From positions 1 through 53,421 of the forward strand of contig JAHBMJ010000228.1 of NCBI GenBank assembly GCA_018398765.1: a DNA stretch of 53,421 bases, read 5' to 3'. The notes under the pieces are model-generated. The model did not search any database and was not told where the DNA came from. It was given only the letters and a program-made list of their open reading frames with translations. This document shows, one piece after another, positions 1 through 16,500 of this stretch; within the stretch, counting starts at the first letter, position 1; every line of letters starts with the position of its first letter. Source of the stretch: Chromera velia (Eukaryota). The position numbers and the translations under genes are program-made.

Positions 1-153
1 AAGAAATTGGATAGAATACTTGGGTCGTTAGGGCTTGCTGCATCTGGCAGCTGTTGTTCCTTCTGTCTTCCTGTTAATTAAAGTTGGAACTCTCAGAAAG
101 TAGAAACTCATTCTTCCGTTCTTTGTTTGTTGTCCTTGTCCACCGCCCCACAG

Positions 154-4092
<3,939 letters not shown>

Positions 4093-5207
4093 ACACACGA
4101 GGGGACAGCGGAAGTTAGAGGGAGTGGACAGTGAATGAGCCTTGAGTGGTGCCTGCTGTATCTGTATGTTCGCCTTTCCTAAAGGTGGGCACTATTGTGA
4201 ACACGGGGGGGGGGTTCGCTTGGGGGGAAACAGAGCACAGTTCTTGATGCATAAATGATTTGTCTCGTACATTTATCGGAGAGAGGTGTCCCTCTCTCAA
4301 TCCTCTAGACCATTCTGTCTGATCTTCAACTTTGACCGTTCATTTCTTTCTCTTTCACCCAGCCCGTTTTCATCCTCAAAGCATTTTCTGAATTCAAAGT
4401 GAGAGAGAGAGAGAGTCTCATGTTAAGCGTCGATGGAAACATGTGGTGGTGTGTTTGAGGGCCTGTTGCTGTCTCGCTTCTTGAACCGGCTGGAGCCAGC
4501 AGCATCAACGGGAGACAATGAGAGGGTACCAAGCAGACAACAAGAGATTGGTGGTGGGAATGTAAATAAAGGTCTGCCGGTGAAATTGACTTCAATTTTT
4601 GCTCCTGTCTGCCCTTCTTACCACTCCAAGTGGTTCCGCACAACAAAAAGCGAGCAACACTGAGGAACAGAGCCACGAAGAAAGTTGCGCTTGAAACTGT
4701 GAGCTTCATACAAGAAGACAGCAACAGAGGGATAGAAAAAAACGTGTGGGCAACTACAGCATACCATCCATGTCGACGAAATCTAGTGAGTGCTCTCTTA
4801 CATCCCCCCGGACATGCACTTTGGGAGAATATCATCACTTGGTTGGCTTGCTGCTCGTTTGTTTGGCCGACGTACCACAGCGAATTCATCTCCTCTCGAT
4901 GTCCATACATCTATCTATCGATCTATCCATCCATCCACCGACGAAAAACTGCTTCGATACAAGGATCGAACGTCAGAACACCTTCTGCCAAAAAGAAAAG
5001 ACGGACGTTTGATCCAAAGTACACACACGAACTGCATGCAACACAGAGAGAGAAAAAACAACAAAGCGAGATCGTCTTGGGACTGCTCTTCTCTCTCACG
5101 TTCTGGCTTCAGTCCTCGCCTCGTTTCATTAATTTTACCCTGCCTTTCCTGCGACAGTCACACTGCACACTCCAAACAAGGACAGACAAGCACAAAGGCT
5201 AATGAGC

Positions 5208-5330
5208 ACCTTTCCTGTGCAAACACATCAGAGCGAAGAAGGAAATAAAAAACGAATTTTAAAGAAAACCTTTCCTGTGCAAACACAATGTCAGAGCGAA
5301 GAAGGAAATAAAAAACGAATTTTAAAGAAA
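5208..5330. repeat. Tandem duplication, about 60 bp x2
   Basis: acctttcctgtgcaaacaca..tcagagcgaagaaggaaataaaaaacgaattttaaagaaa at 5208-5267 and 5268-5330, with a 3-nt indel. Confidence 0.92.
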
Positions 5331-5789
5331 CTTCCTACCATTAAAAAAAAGTGCCAGCGGGTACACAAGGAGGGGGGAGAAACCGGTCCCCTTTCAGCAA
5401 AAACATGCACAAGAAGGCGGAGCGCTTGAGAATCCCGTGGGTAGATAAAAAATCCGAATCGGATTTCAAGAGCAAGACGAGCTAGAGACTGTGTATGTTT
5501 GTAGTGCTCCCTCGTGCACGACTTGGCATTCTTTGATTGATACAACGAGAAAGCCTGAGAAGAAAAGGAGGGAGCAACTGTCGGTCGGCCTGTCGCGTCA
5601 TTTAATTCACCTATTCCCTACTCACGTACGTCTCGTGCGTGAATACAACAAAGAATCCGTTGTTTCTCCATCCACTAGTTCATCCACCATCCCCCGCGTA
5701 CATGCTGGGTATGCAAGGCATGGATCGACCGGTCGATCGATCGATTCCATTCATTCTGTCTGCATGTCGACAAGCATCATAGTAATAGA

Positions 5790-6850
5790 TAAAAAACTAT
5801 TCATAAATTATCATTACAAATATAACTAGGCCTTACACTCCATCTAGCACTCCATAAATAAAAAAAAAGGAAAGTTTCTGATCTTTTCAAGTTTAATATT
5901 TCTCTAGATATTTTTTTTCTTATTTATCCACAAAAAAACATACAGTTTTCAATGTAATACTCCATGTGATACTCTTGAAACACTAAGTTTAACACTTGAA
6001 CAACAATTCAATTACAGTTGTTTACCTATTCAGTGTCATAATATATATATTATAGGATGGTGGATAGGATATGCACATATATATACAACAAAATTAATGC
6101 ATCGATTGTCGATGATTCGTCATAATATTATATGGGGGGGGAAGGCATTTAAGGTTTGTTCTTAGCACGTCCGGCTTATTTTTATAAAACTGTCAAAACA
6201 ACTCTCTACTCTCCCTTAGTACACAACTTGTCAGTGAACTTTAGAATACACGTTACATTAATGATTGCAACACGTCCACGGCCACATTCTAGACTAGAGA
6301 ATTTCTAGTTTTATGGCTGCATCTGTGGCTTTTAACGTTTTTTAACAAGTTTTACATCACAAGTATACAATGTACAAACTGCTCCTTAATTCGTATTCTC
6401 CCTCTCCTTGGTGCCTCCAGGTCTAGCCTCCATGTCATATAATTTTAAACATGAGTATGCCTGTATCTAGACCTGTATATATAGTACAAAAGTTAAAAAA
6501 TAAAATTACTTAGTATTATATTTTAATTTAAAATTAATTATGCCAGGAGAAAAAAAAAACCGTTTTGAAAAAGTACAATTGGGGCTCAGTTTCACTCTCA
6601 TAAAAAGATTTACTCAATATGTATAATGATGGAGGGATATAGTCATATACATAGACACCCTTTCACAAACGTTATTGAATCATTCCAGGATTGATCAATG
6701 ATCAATCTATTGTAAATAGAAATTGATTGATTGATTCATCAGTGATCAATTGATTGATGACAGTAGCTGAGACCTGCATGACTTTTGAGATGCGGTCTAG
6801 GCTACGGTATTTGTAAAAATGGTGAATTCTGCCATTTTAATTATAATTCA
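5790..6850. other. AT-rich intergenic island 1
   Basis: Abrupt compositional shift, almost no ORFs, many TA/CTAG/TTAA; boundaries approximate. Confidence 0.85.
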
Positions 6851-9448
6851 CCTTGGAGCAATTTCAAAGACTTCACACTCTTTTAACTTTCCTAACGACT
6901 GTGCCTGTCTGAGCACACCATCAATAAATGAGGTGAAGCAATCGACGCCTCTTTCACGCTACGTTACACTACTTTCTCCTCCTGTAACTGCCGATTCCCC
7001 TCCTCCCCCACAACTTTCCACTCCCGTCTGCCCACTGGCGGATCTCTGCTACCCCCACAAAGAAAGTCCTTGCACCTCCGGCAACGCCTCTGGAGTCAGA
7101 GTGTCACAGAACTGTTTCACTCCATCAAGACTGATTCTGTTGCGGTCAAGTCCAAGAGCCGTCAAAGACGGGAATTTATGGACATTGAAGACCTCAGCCG
7201 GAAGTCTGAGCATCTGATCGTCTATGTCACAATCGGAAAAGCTAAGAAGCTTTAAACCCGAAAACCTCCCACCCTGCACCTCCCCACCCAATGCGAGAGA
7301 GGCCAGTGCCGCTTCCCCCAAATGCCCCCTTTCAAACCTGAGAGACTTGATGAACGGGGTCAGACCTCTCTAACTCTGCGCAATGGCCAGCATCAGAGGG
7401 TCAAGATTCACGTGCGGCTGTTCTGCAGGGCTTCGAAAGAGAAAGCAAAATTCCTCACGCAGACGGGGAGCGAATTGTCCCTCCCTTACAACGACGCTGA
7501 GGGTTTGTAACCCTTCCGCGTTCAGAAGAAAACAGGGTGGAACGGAAAAATTTTGGAGAGACGGAAGCTTTCCCGACCCTAGTGCAGAGAGGTATGGCCC
7601 TCCTTGCCCTAGAGGATCTCAGTACGGGTCTAAGATGGAGAGCTCTTCCAACAGGGGAGCCCCTTTCTCGCTATCTACAATTGCTTCCATCAGCTCACCC
7701 CACGCCGCAACCCCCAAGAAATTCTTGCTCAAAATCAGAGAGGAGACACCCACCAGAGCCCCCGCCTTTACCCCGACAGCAAAATCTCTAACCGCCTCAG
7801 CGGTGATACCGCACTGTATCATAGATATTGTGGAGAGTCTCTTCAACTTACCGAATCCCAACACCATCCCCAAAAAAACCAATCCCTCCCCCGCACGTGT
7901 TTCGGAGAGATCCAGCTCCTTAAGGAGAGGCAAACCGTCTCTGCTCTCAATCACAGACCCTATCAAAGACTCCATTCCCTCCCTACCCAACGGAAAGCAA
8001 CGCAACTTCAACTTCCTCAAACCCGACAAATTCCCTTCCCGCACCGCTCCCACCAGCAGAGGCATCTATGCATCATTCACAGTGTAGGCTGTCATAGACA
8101 ATGCAGAAAGGTTCGGCGTCAGAACGACGTTCAGAGCAGTCCAGAACGAGAGCAGTCTGCCCTTCAGCAAGGGGGTCACAAGGCCGTTGCATTTCATCAT
8201 CCCCTTCCCCTGCCGCATTGAATGCGGCTTCTGCTGCTAAAAAGAAAGCGGCGCTATCACCGTCAACGCTCAACTGAAAATTTTCAATCGAGTTGAATCT
8301 CTTCATCTTTATTCCTTGACCCAGCAACCGCATCCCCTCATTGCCAACCTCTACCCTCAAATGAAGAAAGTTGAATTTCGGACCTTCAGAAGTCTCACGA
8401 CAACCTCTGAAGAAAGCGGATGCACTGTCAGGATTTGCATGCAAGCGAAGGGTACGAATGGCAGGATACCGTATGGATGCAAGGTCCCGAGACTCCTGTT
8501 TATTAAGACCCCTTAACGCCACCCTGACATCCTCGAGAGGTGGACACTTATCAGTGCGAAGTGCTTTCAGAAAGTCAGAGCCAATTCCGCTGTCCCAATC
8601 GTACGCAGGAAGCAAATTCAATCTCTTCAAACAAGGCACTGATTCGATATAGAGAGCTATGCCAAAGCGGTCAAACAAATTTCCGTGAAAGCTGTTGCCC
8701 TCAAAATCTAAGGACTCTAGTTTTGGCGGATGACCCTTTCCCAACACCCCGCCCAACTGCTGAAATTCCTCCATCTCCATCTTGTATCTAGCCAGCCAAA
8801 GATCACGCACGCACGGCAAGTGGGAGGGGTGCAATATCGAACACAAGACTTCCATTCTATTCCTAGATCTTTCTGGTATATACCAATACTTGCTTGGATT
8901 CAAATCGTTATCCGACAAGCAGAGCAACTCCACTCCCAGAGGCTTCTCTTTGATAGCTGCACTCAAGAGGATCTCCAACCCCTCCGTGGCAATGCCCGTG
9001 TTCTCAAGGTCAAGGGCATGGAGGCACACACACTGGCCAGTTCGGATCCCCCTTGCGAGTGCCTCAAATCCCTCTGCACCAACATGGTTGCCTGCAGAGA
9101 GGAGGAGAGGGGGGGAACGAAAAAAAATTAAATAATCTGCTTGTGCTACGCTTTCTCTGCTTTCCCACTGGCGCACCTTTTAGTTTTTTCTGTTCCTTCT
9201 CTTCTTTGCAATTGAATCTTCAATCCATCCATCCTGCCGCCTTTTGAACAGACTTGGAATCCGGTAACTGACTGCATTGTCCCCCGTTTGCTGAACTTCC
9301 CACTAGCTTTCCTGTCTGCACAGTTGCATGGTCTTCTAACCGTCCATCTGCAGATCTCCGATCTTTGTCTCTCTCTCTCTCTCTCTTTGTGTGTGTGTGT
9401 GTATGTGTGTGTGTGCGTGCGTGTGTGTGTATGTCTGTATATGTATCC

Positions 9449-9518
<70 letters not shown>

Positions 9519-9530
9519 GTGTGTGTGCGT

Positions 9531-9562
<32 letters not shown>

Positions 9563-9578
9563 CTGTGTGTGTGCGTGC

Positions 9579-9616
<38 letters not shown>

Positions 9617-11027
9617 GTGTGTGTGTTTAGGTCAGCTGGTCGGTTGCTCTCCCTGTCACACTTGCTGTCTGACTGACGTTCTCTCAATCTGTCTTTCTGC
9701 CTCTCTCTCTGCATCCCCGTCTATCGTACTTGACCGAAAGTCTGTCTCTCCACGCATGAACGTAAGCATTTCAGCTGGAGAGCGTTCCTGCTTGACTGCT
9801 TGTCCAGGTTCAGAAGGGATTCAAGTAAAAACAAACCGAAACTGTAATTGTATGGGCTCTTCTACCAACACCACGAACTGAACAGAAAAAGTAGTGTCGG
9901 GAAGGAAGGGGAAGGAGTAAAACTGAAAAGCGAAACGGGGTGAAGTGAAGCTCCAAACAACCGACTGACCGACCCTTCAGCGAGAGACTCTCCAGACGTG
10001 GCAATATGAGAGGAAGGATCTTCGTGGCCTCTAGAGGTCCGATGGAATTGTCTGACGATGCTGTTGTAGGAGGGCGGAGGAAGTGGTTCGAAGATCGGCG
10101 AAATCGATGCAGAGATTGGTACAAGAAGCAACAAATAGGAAGGAGATTAGACTGAGTGATATGACGAACGAATGCAACTTCTCTAAAATTGAAAACCAAA
10201 GAGCTTTCCTTTTTATGTGTATGTTTCCATCAATGCAGACAGCTGCATTTTTCATGCTTGCACCCCCTCTCACTCCTTCTCAACGTGCCCTTCAATATTT
10301 AATTCCTGACTCACATTTCCTCAATTGTACTTCCCTCACCCTCCCGCACTTCGATGCATGCCGTGATCTGCCGTCTCGATGCATGCCTTTCCTCACGCAG
10401 GTTTGAATTCAAATTCACATTTCACATCCCTCGTGACCCCCAATTGACTCCTCTCCTCTCTCACATGCATCAAGAGACAGGAAGAAGTCCTCCCATTCCA
10501 TGTACCTAGGTAGGTGATATGTGTCTCTGACTGCATGACCACTCTTGTTTCGCTACCCGCCGCCACTTCCCACTTACCATCAAAGGCGAACTTCTTCAGT
10601 CTCGGTGCCGGAATCCCGTTCTCTCTGGCATCCTGCAGATGCTCCAGATAACCGGTAAAGAGTTCAAGGGCTCCTCTCTTCACGGCGAAAGAGCCTGCAG
10701 GCAGACAAGAGAAAGGAAATGAAGACGCAAAACCGAATGCAAGGCTGTCAGCGCTCTGTTCCTCCTTCCATCTCTCATCATCTGCCCTTCTTATATTTTT
10801 CTCGCATTCCTTCCCTTGAAGTTTCTCGTCTTTTTTTATTTCTGTTTGCATGTGACTCTGGGTGTGTGTACATGGAAGTCTGTGTCTCTAGCTACCGATG
10901 GAAAGACGGAGAGGCAATGTCACTCGCATCATTTAGTCAGTTACCCAGTGAGTCTATCTCACAGTAGAAGAGCGCTCCGGATCACTGAGCAAAGAAGGCG
11001 GAAGAAACTGAAGAAGCAAAATAGCAA

Positions 11028-11101
<74 letters not shown>

Positions 11102-11870
11102 GCGCTCACCTATCTTCATCTCTTCGACGGAGGTAGGCAGCGTTTGAAAAAATATGTGGACCTTCTTGGGAGACACACGGTGACTGCGTATGCCTGCAGA
11201 AAAGGAGATCGGGGTGATTCAGAAGCATTGTCAGGCGCCGTGTGAAGCTGTTCAATGAAAAGGAAGTTCTTTTTCATAAAGAAAGAAAAAGTGCTGACTG
11301 AAAAATCCTAGGCAAGCAGGAAGTCTCTCTCCGAAGGGACTCACGAGAGGTCTCGAGAGGCTTCGGGGCGTACGCTTGATCTGGACTCGTCTCTATGGCT
11401 CCACTGCATGCTGCCTCATATGCAACCACTGAGGTAAATGGAATAGACAGAAAGTTAATCGAAGCAGACTTGAGAGTCTCACTCACCTGAGAGGTCAATG
11501 CCGGTCGGCGGATCGAGGCGAACTTTCCCGAGAGACGCGTTCTGCAGGAAGGACAAAGAATGCTGAAGACATTTCTTTCTTCTTTGCGAACAGAAAGGAC
11601 GAGATAAAGGAAGAGATTGAAGAAGAAGTCAGCGGGGTCTGACACAACGAGGACAAACAGAAGTGAGGCACATCCGAACAGTAGATGCACTTCACTACGA
11701 AGTCTTGCGGACTGCGATGAAGAAGCTCGGTCATCATCAACAGAAGAATATTGTTGAATGCTCAAAGGCAACCGAAAACACAGGCCGACAAACCTTTGCC
11801 AAGAGGAAAACGGCAAACCAGGCCAAACCGAAAGATTCCCGTCGTAGGAGCTCTCCACAGGGTCTGCATT
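6848..11870 (-). pseudogene. Multi-exon leucine-rich-repeat (RI/NLRC3-like) pseudogene
   Basis: LRR motifs LHALDLENTGI, LESLDFEGNSF, LKELDLSETRAG, LKLLSFSDCDI, LTALGLDRNRI. Frameshift near 8150. One continuous frame then carries stops at 8066, 7619, 7370, 7049 and 6959 before a probable end TGA at 6848. Candidate upstream exons near 10000-10100, 10510-10700, 10945-11010, 11110-11195 and 11290-11870; the 5' end is approximate. Confidence 0.8.
9367..9626. repeat. (CT)n/(GT)n compound microsatellite (intronic)
   Basis: Direct dinucleotide runs. Confidence 0.95.
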
Positions 11871-13225
11871 CATGTGCAAGGGTGCATAAAAATGCCAGCA
11901 AAGATCAAGGCAGCAGAAGAAGGCATCATTGCGAAAGGAAAGAGAGCACGAGGATGGTTGACCTGGAAATAGTTTGATACTAACCAAACGCCGGGAGGTA
12001 AGCTGGAAAGAGAGGGTGAAGCCGAGAACTATCTATACTCTTATATTCCCCATCCTACTTGTTCCACGTCACACAAAGCCACCAAGAAAAGAATCACATA
12101 CATGAATAACTAAATGCGGAAGGTAAAAAAACATACCTCACAAGATGGTCCCAGACGACGCAGAAAGAGACAAAGCGGGTCTTCTCTGATTTCCTTCTAT
12201 TCCATGGAGGAAGCTGGAACAGGAAATTCTTCTTGCATGATGTCAATAAAAAACCGAGCCAGAAAAATCCAAACAGGAGTGCTCGAATCTTCTGAAAGAA
12301 ATGAAAAAGATAGTACAAAGGACAATTGACGACGAAAAAGGAGCAACTGGCAGAGCAAACCAAGAATTCCAGGAGCAGGAAAGAGGAGAAGAAAGAAGAC
12401 CGTAAAGTCCGACGTAAATCGCAGACGTGCCTGTATGACACTGAGGGAGGACCAAAGTGGCAACGGACATATGTTTTGGCTTTTTCTGCCTTGGAGAAGA
12501 TTGGAAAGATTCTATTAATAGCATACTCCGGCGAGGCACTTCAAGACTTCGCCCCATCTTTGCCTCGTAACGGACTCTTCGATCGAAGTTCGAATTCGGA
12601 CCGAGATCCTCAGAGACGGTTAGTGGCCCCGGAAAGTGAAGCGGGGGGAACTTACAAAATAAAAATACCCCAGCCCATCTGACGCAAGCAAGCTTGCGAA
12701 CGGCCCCGGAAAGCAAGAAAAATGAGAACTGCACGATTGACGCACGCCGGCCAGCCTCGCGCCGACCCCCCCCCTCCACGGGAAAAAAGCATGCGCGGAA
12801 CCCCCCCCTCCCCTGGGAAAAAAGCCCGGGGGTAAATAGAGATCTGAAACCCATCTGACGCATGCATAGCCTAAATTCAGCCTTTCGGGGCCGGGTTTTT
12901 GGCCCTGGAAAGCGAAGCGGGGGGCAGTTAGAAAACAGAAATACCTCAGCCCATGTGGCTCTGGAAAGCGAAGCGGGGGGCACTTAGAAAAGAGAAATAC
13001 CCCAGCCCACGTGTGTGCACGCACGTACGCTGTCTTTCAGCAAAAACCTGGCCCCGAAAGGCTGAATATGGCCTTGGAAAGCGAAGCGGAGGGCACTTAG
13101 AAAACAGAAATACCCCAGCCCACGTCCATGCGTGCACGCTGTCTTTCAGTAAAAACCCGGCTCCGAAAGGCTGAATGTGCGCCAAATGTGCGTGCGTCAG
13201 GTGTGTTTCGCTAAAAAAAAGCCCC

Positions 13226-13460
13226 TGTAAGCTGCGTACGGTACTAGAGGCTCAATTACGATAAGCGTAGATCGTAGGCAGACTCACATTAAAGTATGAC
13301 CTAGCAGAGTCAATCTGTTGATCCACTATTCAGACCAGCCAACACCATGATCGAGAGACTGGCACAGAACAACTTTCGCACGCAAAGGTCAGACGTCACT
13401 TTATTCAGACTGGGGGCACGCGGCGTTCTAGCGCGGCACGACGCTCGTGACAGGCCCACA
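13226..13460 (-). repeat. 3' LTR (235 bp)
   Basis: TGTAAGC...GGCCCACA; matches 18965-19217 apart from 7 substitutions and an 18-bp indel. Confidence 0.96.
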
Positions 13461-13474
13461 CCTGCTCGCCTTCT
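13461..13474 (-). promoter_or_regulatory. Polypurine tract
   Basis: Minus strand AGAAGGCGAGCAGG directly before the TG of the 3' LTR. Confidence 0.75.
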
Positions 13475-13579
13475 GAAGCTGACGTCCACGCTCAGCTCAA
13501 TCACTTAGACCATCGAAATCGAACCATAGAGGCATGAATGAAGTCGGTAAGCCACGACCAACACCACAGTGTGCCTCTT

Positions 13580-16500
13580 CTACCACATGTACACGACGTC
13601 CTCGGAATCACTCTCAGCATCTTTAGGCTGAGAAGCAGATAGCCAGAGAGTACACAGCCTAGGAAGCTGCGTCTCCAACTGACAGATACGTACCCCACTC
13701 CATACGGCATTCTCGACTACACTGACGTGCACCACACGTCTTCTCAACTCCATCCCACACCTGCCTGCCTTCTTCTTCGTTGCTTCTCTTCTTTTCTTCT
13801 TGAAGGCATGCAGGGCTTCTTTTGCATGCGTGAGGCTGACTGACGGTTCCCACGACGCATTCTCCTTACTTTCCCCCTTCCACCAGACGAGATAGTGCGC
13901 CTGTTCGTCGATCCGTCTGTGATCCAGAATTTCTTCAACTTCATACTTCACCTCTGTAGAGGTCGGAAGACAGATGGCAGGCAACGGATCAGTCTTTTCC
14001 CTCTCATACTTTTTCAAGAAGGAGACATTAATCACGTTGTGTGTCCGTACGCCTGCAGGGAAAATGAGCTCATATGTGTTGTCGTGTATCTTTCTTTCTA
14101 CCTCAAAGGGTTCATAATACACCGGCTCAAGTTTCCTCACTATTTCTCCTGGCTTTCTATCTCCTTTGAAGTAAGAATTACGGACAAGTACATAGTCTCC
14201 AGGCTCGAAAGATACTTCTCTCCTGTGTGGATCTACCTGTTGTACCATCTGTTCTCTTGCCTTCTGCAATCTTTTTTTTGCTCTCATAATTTCTGCCTCT
14301 CTCGCGTCTGCGAATTCTGCTGCTAGAGGGCAGAAAGATTTCGTTTGTACAGAGACAGAAGGCAGACGAATAAGATCGCGGCTGTACAGAAAACGGAATG
14401 GAGACATGCCGAGAGCTGAATGAACTGAATCGCGATATGCAAACTGATATACAGCCAACCACTTCAGCCAGTCTGACTGGTGTTCATCCACAAAACAGCG
14501 CAGCATTTGCTCAATCGTCTGATTGTCTCTCTCTGTCTGTCCATCCAACTGTGGATGCCCTCTCGTGCTCATATTCAATTTTGTCTTCCACAGTCGAGCA
14601 AGCTCCTGCTAAAAAGCAGAAAGGAAACGAGGATCACGATCACTCACCACCGATTGAGGCATCCCGTACTCGAGGATCACTCATTCAAAGACTGCCTCTG
14701 CCGTCCCCTCTGCCATGATTCCTGAGGAGACTACAATGAAGCAAGGAGCTTTAGACAGACGATTGACAACAGAGAGAATTCCATCCATCCATTCACTCTT
14801 ATACAACACTCTTGGGAGTCCAAATACAAAATTAAGAGAGAATGACTGAAATGCAAATTCAGAAATTGGAAGCGGATGCAGGAGACCTTGCTGCTTCTCT
14901 GTCGGTCTCTTCCCTCTCTAACAAATGTCACACTTTTTCACATACTGCTGGACCGACACATACATATGCGGCCAGTAGAAAGAGCGAGCCAGTTTCAGAT
15001 AAGTTTTCTCTCCTCCCAAATGTCCCTCTACGGCTGTGTCGTGGTGTTCATAAATCAGATTTTTCTGCAGCCTTTCTGTCGGGACTGCCAGTCGATCGTT
15101 GAAGAAAAGCAGTGCGTCTTCCATATGAAAAGGTTGCACTCTCAGCCGTAGTTGCAGAGGCACTCCTTTCTCAAGATGCTCTACTGCTTCCTTTATTTCC
15201 CTCCAGAACTGTTCCTCCTCATACCCCTTTCTTATCTTCCCCAAGAACTCTTCATCTGGCTGCACATACACTTCATTCAAGAGAAGCTCACAGACGTCTT
15301 TTCTCTCTTCCTGCACCTCTTTCGTCTGTGCGGCCAACCTAGGCACCCTGCTTAATGCATCAGCCACCCTGTTTTGTACACCCGGGACGTACTGAGGTAT
15401 AATTCCGAGCTCATCAAATATCGAAACAAACCTGCACATACGTGGAGACATCAGGATGTGGTCGGCAGACATATTCACATATTTCAAAGACTCATGATCC
15501 GACCACACCTTGGTTGTATGACTCACATATGGTCTCCACGTCTTCACTGCAAAAACACACCCCAGAAATTCTTTCTCTCTAATGTGATACTTCAACTCTG
15601 CTGGGCTCATACGATGAGAAGCAAAAGCACACGGACGCAAGACTTAGTAACCAATCTCTGGATCTTTTTGCATCAAAGCAGCACCCAAGGTCTCAGTTGA
15701 TTCGCATGCGTCCACAAAGATTTCAAATGGGCGGGCGGGATCGGGAATGAATAATTCAACCATATTTCTGACGGCTTCTTTCAGTGCTTGAAAACTTCTC
15801 TCTTCTTTTTCTCCCCACTTAAACACTCGCTTTGCTTTCAACAAAGCATAAAGAGGTCCCGCTTTCTCACTGAAACGGGGAACGAATCTCCTCACCCAAT
15901 TCGCAAACCCCAAGAAAGATAGCACGTCCTTTCTGTTCTTCGGGGTCGGCCACTTGTTGACTACCTCTGTTTTGCTGACCTCTGGTCGAACCCTGGTCCT
16001 GGAAATTCTCAAGCCCAGAAAGGTCACATCACTCTGCATGAAGTGGCACTTTGAGAGCTTAGCATACAGATTGTTCTCACTGAGCAAACGCAGGACAGTG
16101 CGAATGTGTTTTTTGTGTTCCTCTTTAGTGCGTGAATAAATGAGGATGTCATCCAGAAATACCGAAACGAAACGATCGAGACAGGATCGAAGAGCAAATT
16201 GAATCAGCCTCATCGCAGAAGGTGGCGCGTTCGTCAAAAAGAAAGAAACGACCAGCCACTCAAAAGAGCCATATCGTGTTGTGAAGGCTGTTTTAGGAAT
16301 GTCTTCCTCCCTGACTCTCATTTGGTGATAGTACTAACGTAGATCTAGAGTCATGAAAAATCGCGCCCCATGGAGTTGATCGATTAATTCCTGCAGATGA
16401 GGGAGTGAATGCTTATCTTTTATTGTGATGCGATTCAAGCCTATATAATTGCAACACATCCTCATCGATCCGTCTTTCTTTTGTACAAAAAGAACAGGAG

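Noticed and set aside
7383..8087. 234-aa plus-strand ORF
   Set aside because: Antisense shadow of the LRR frame
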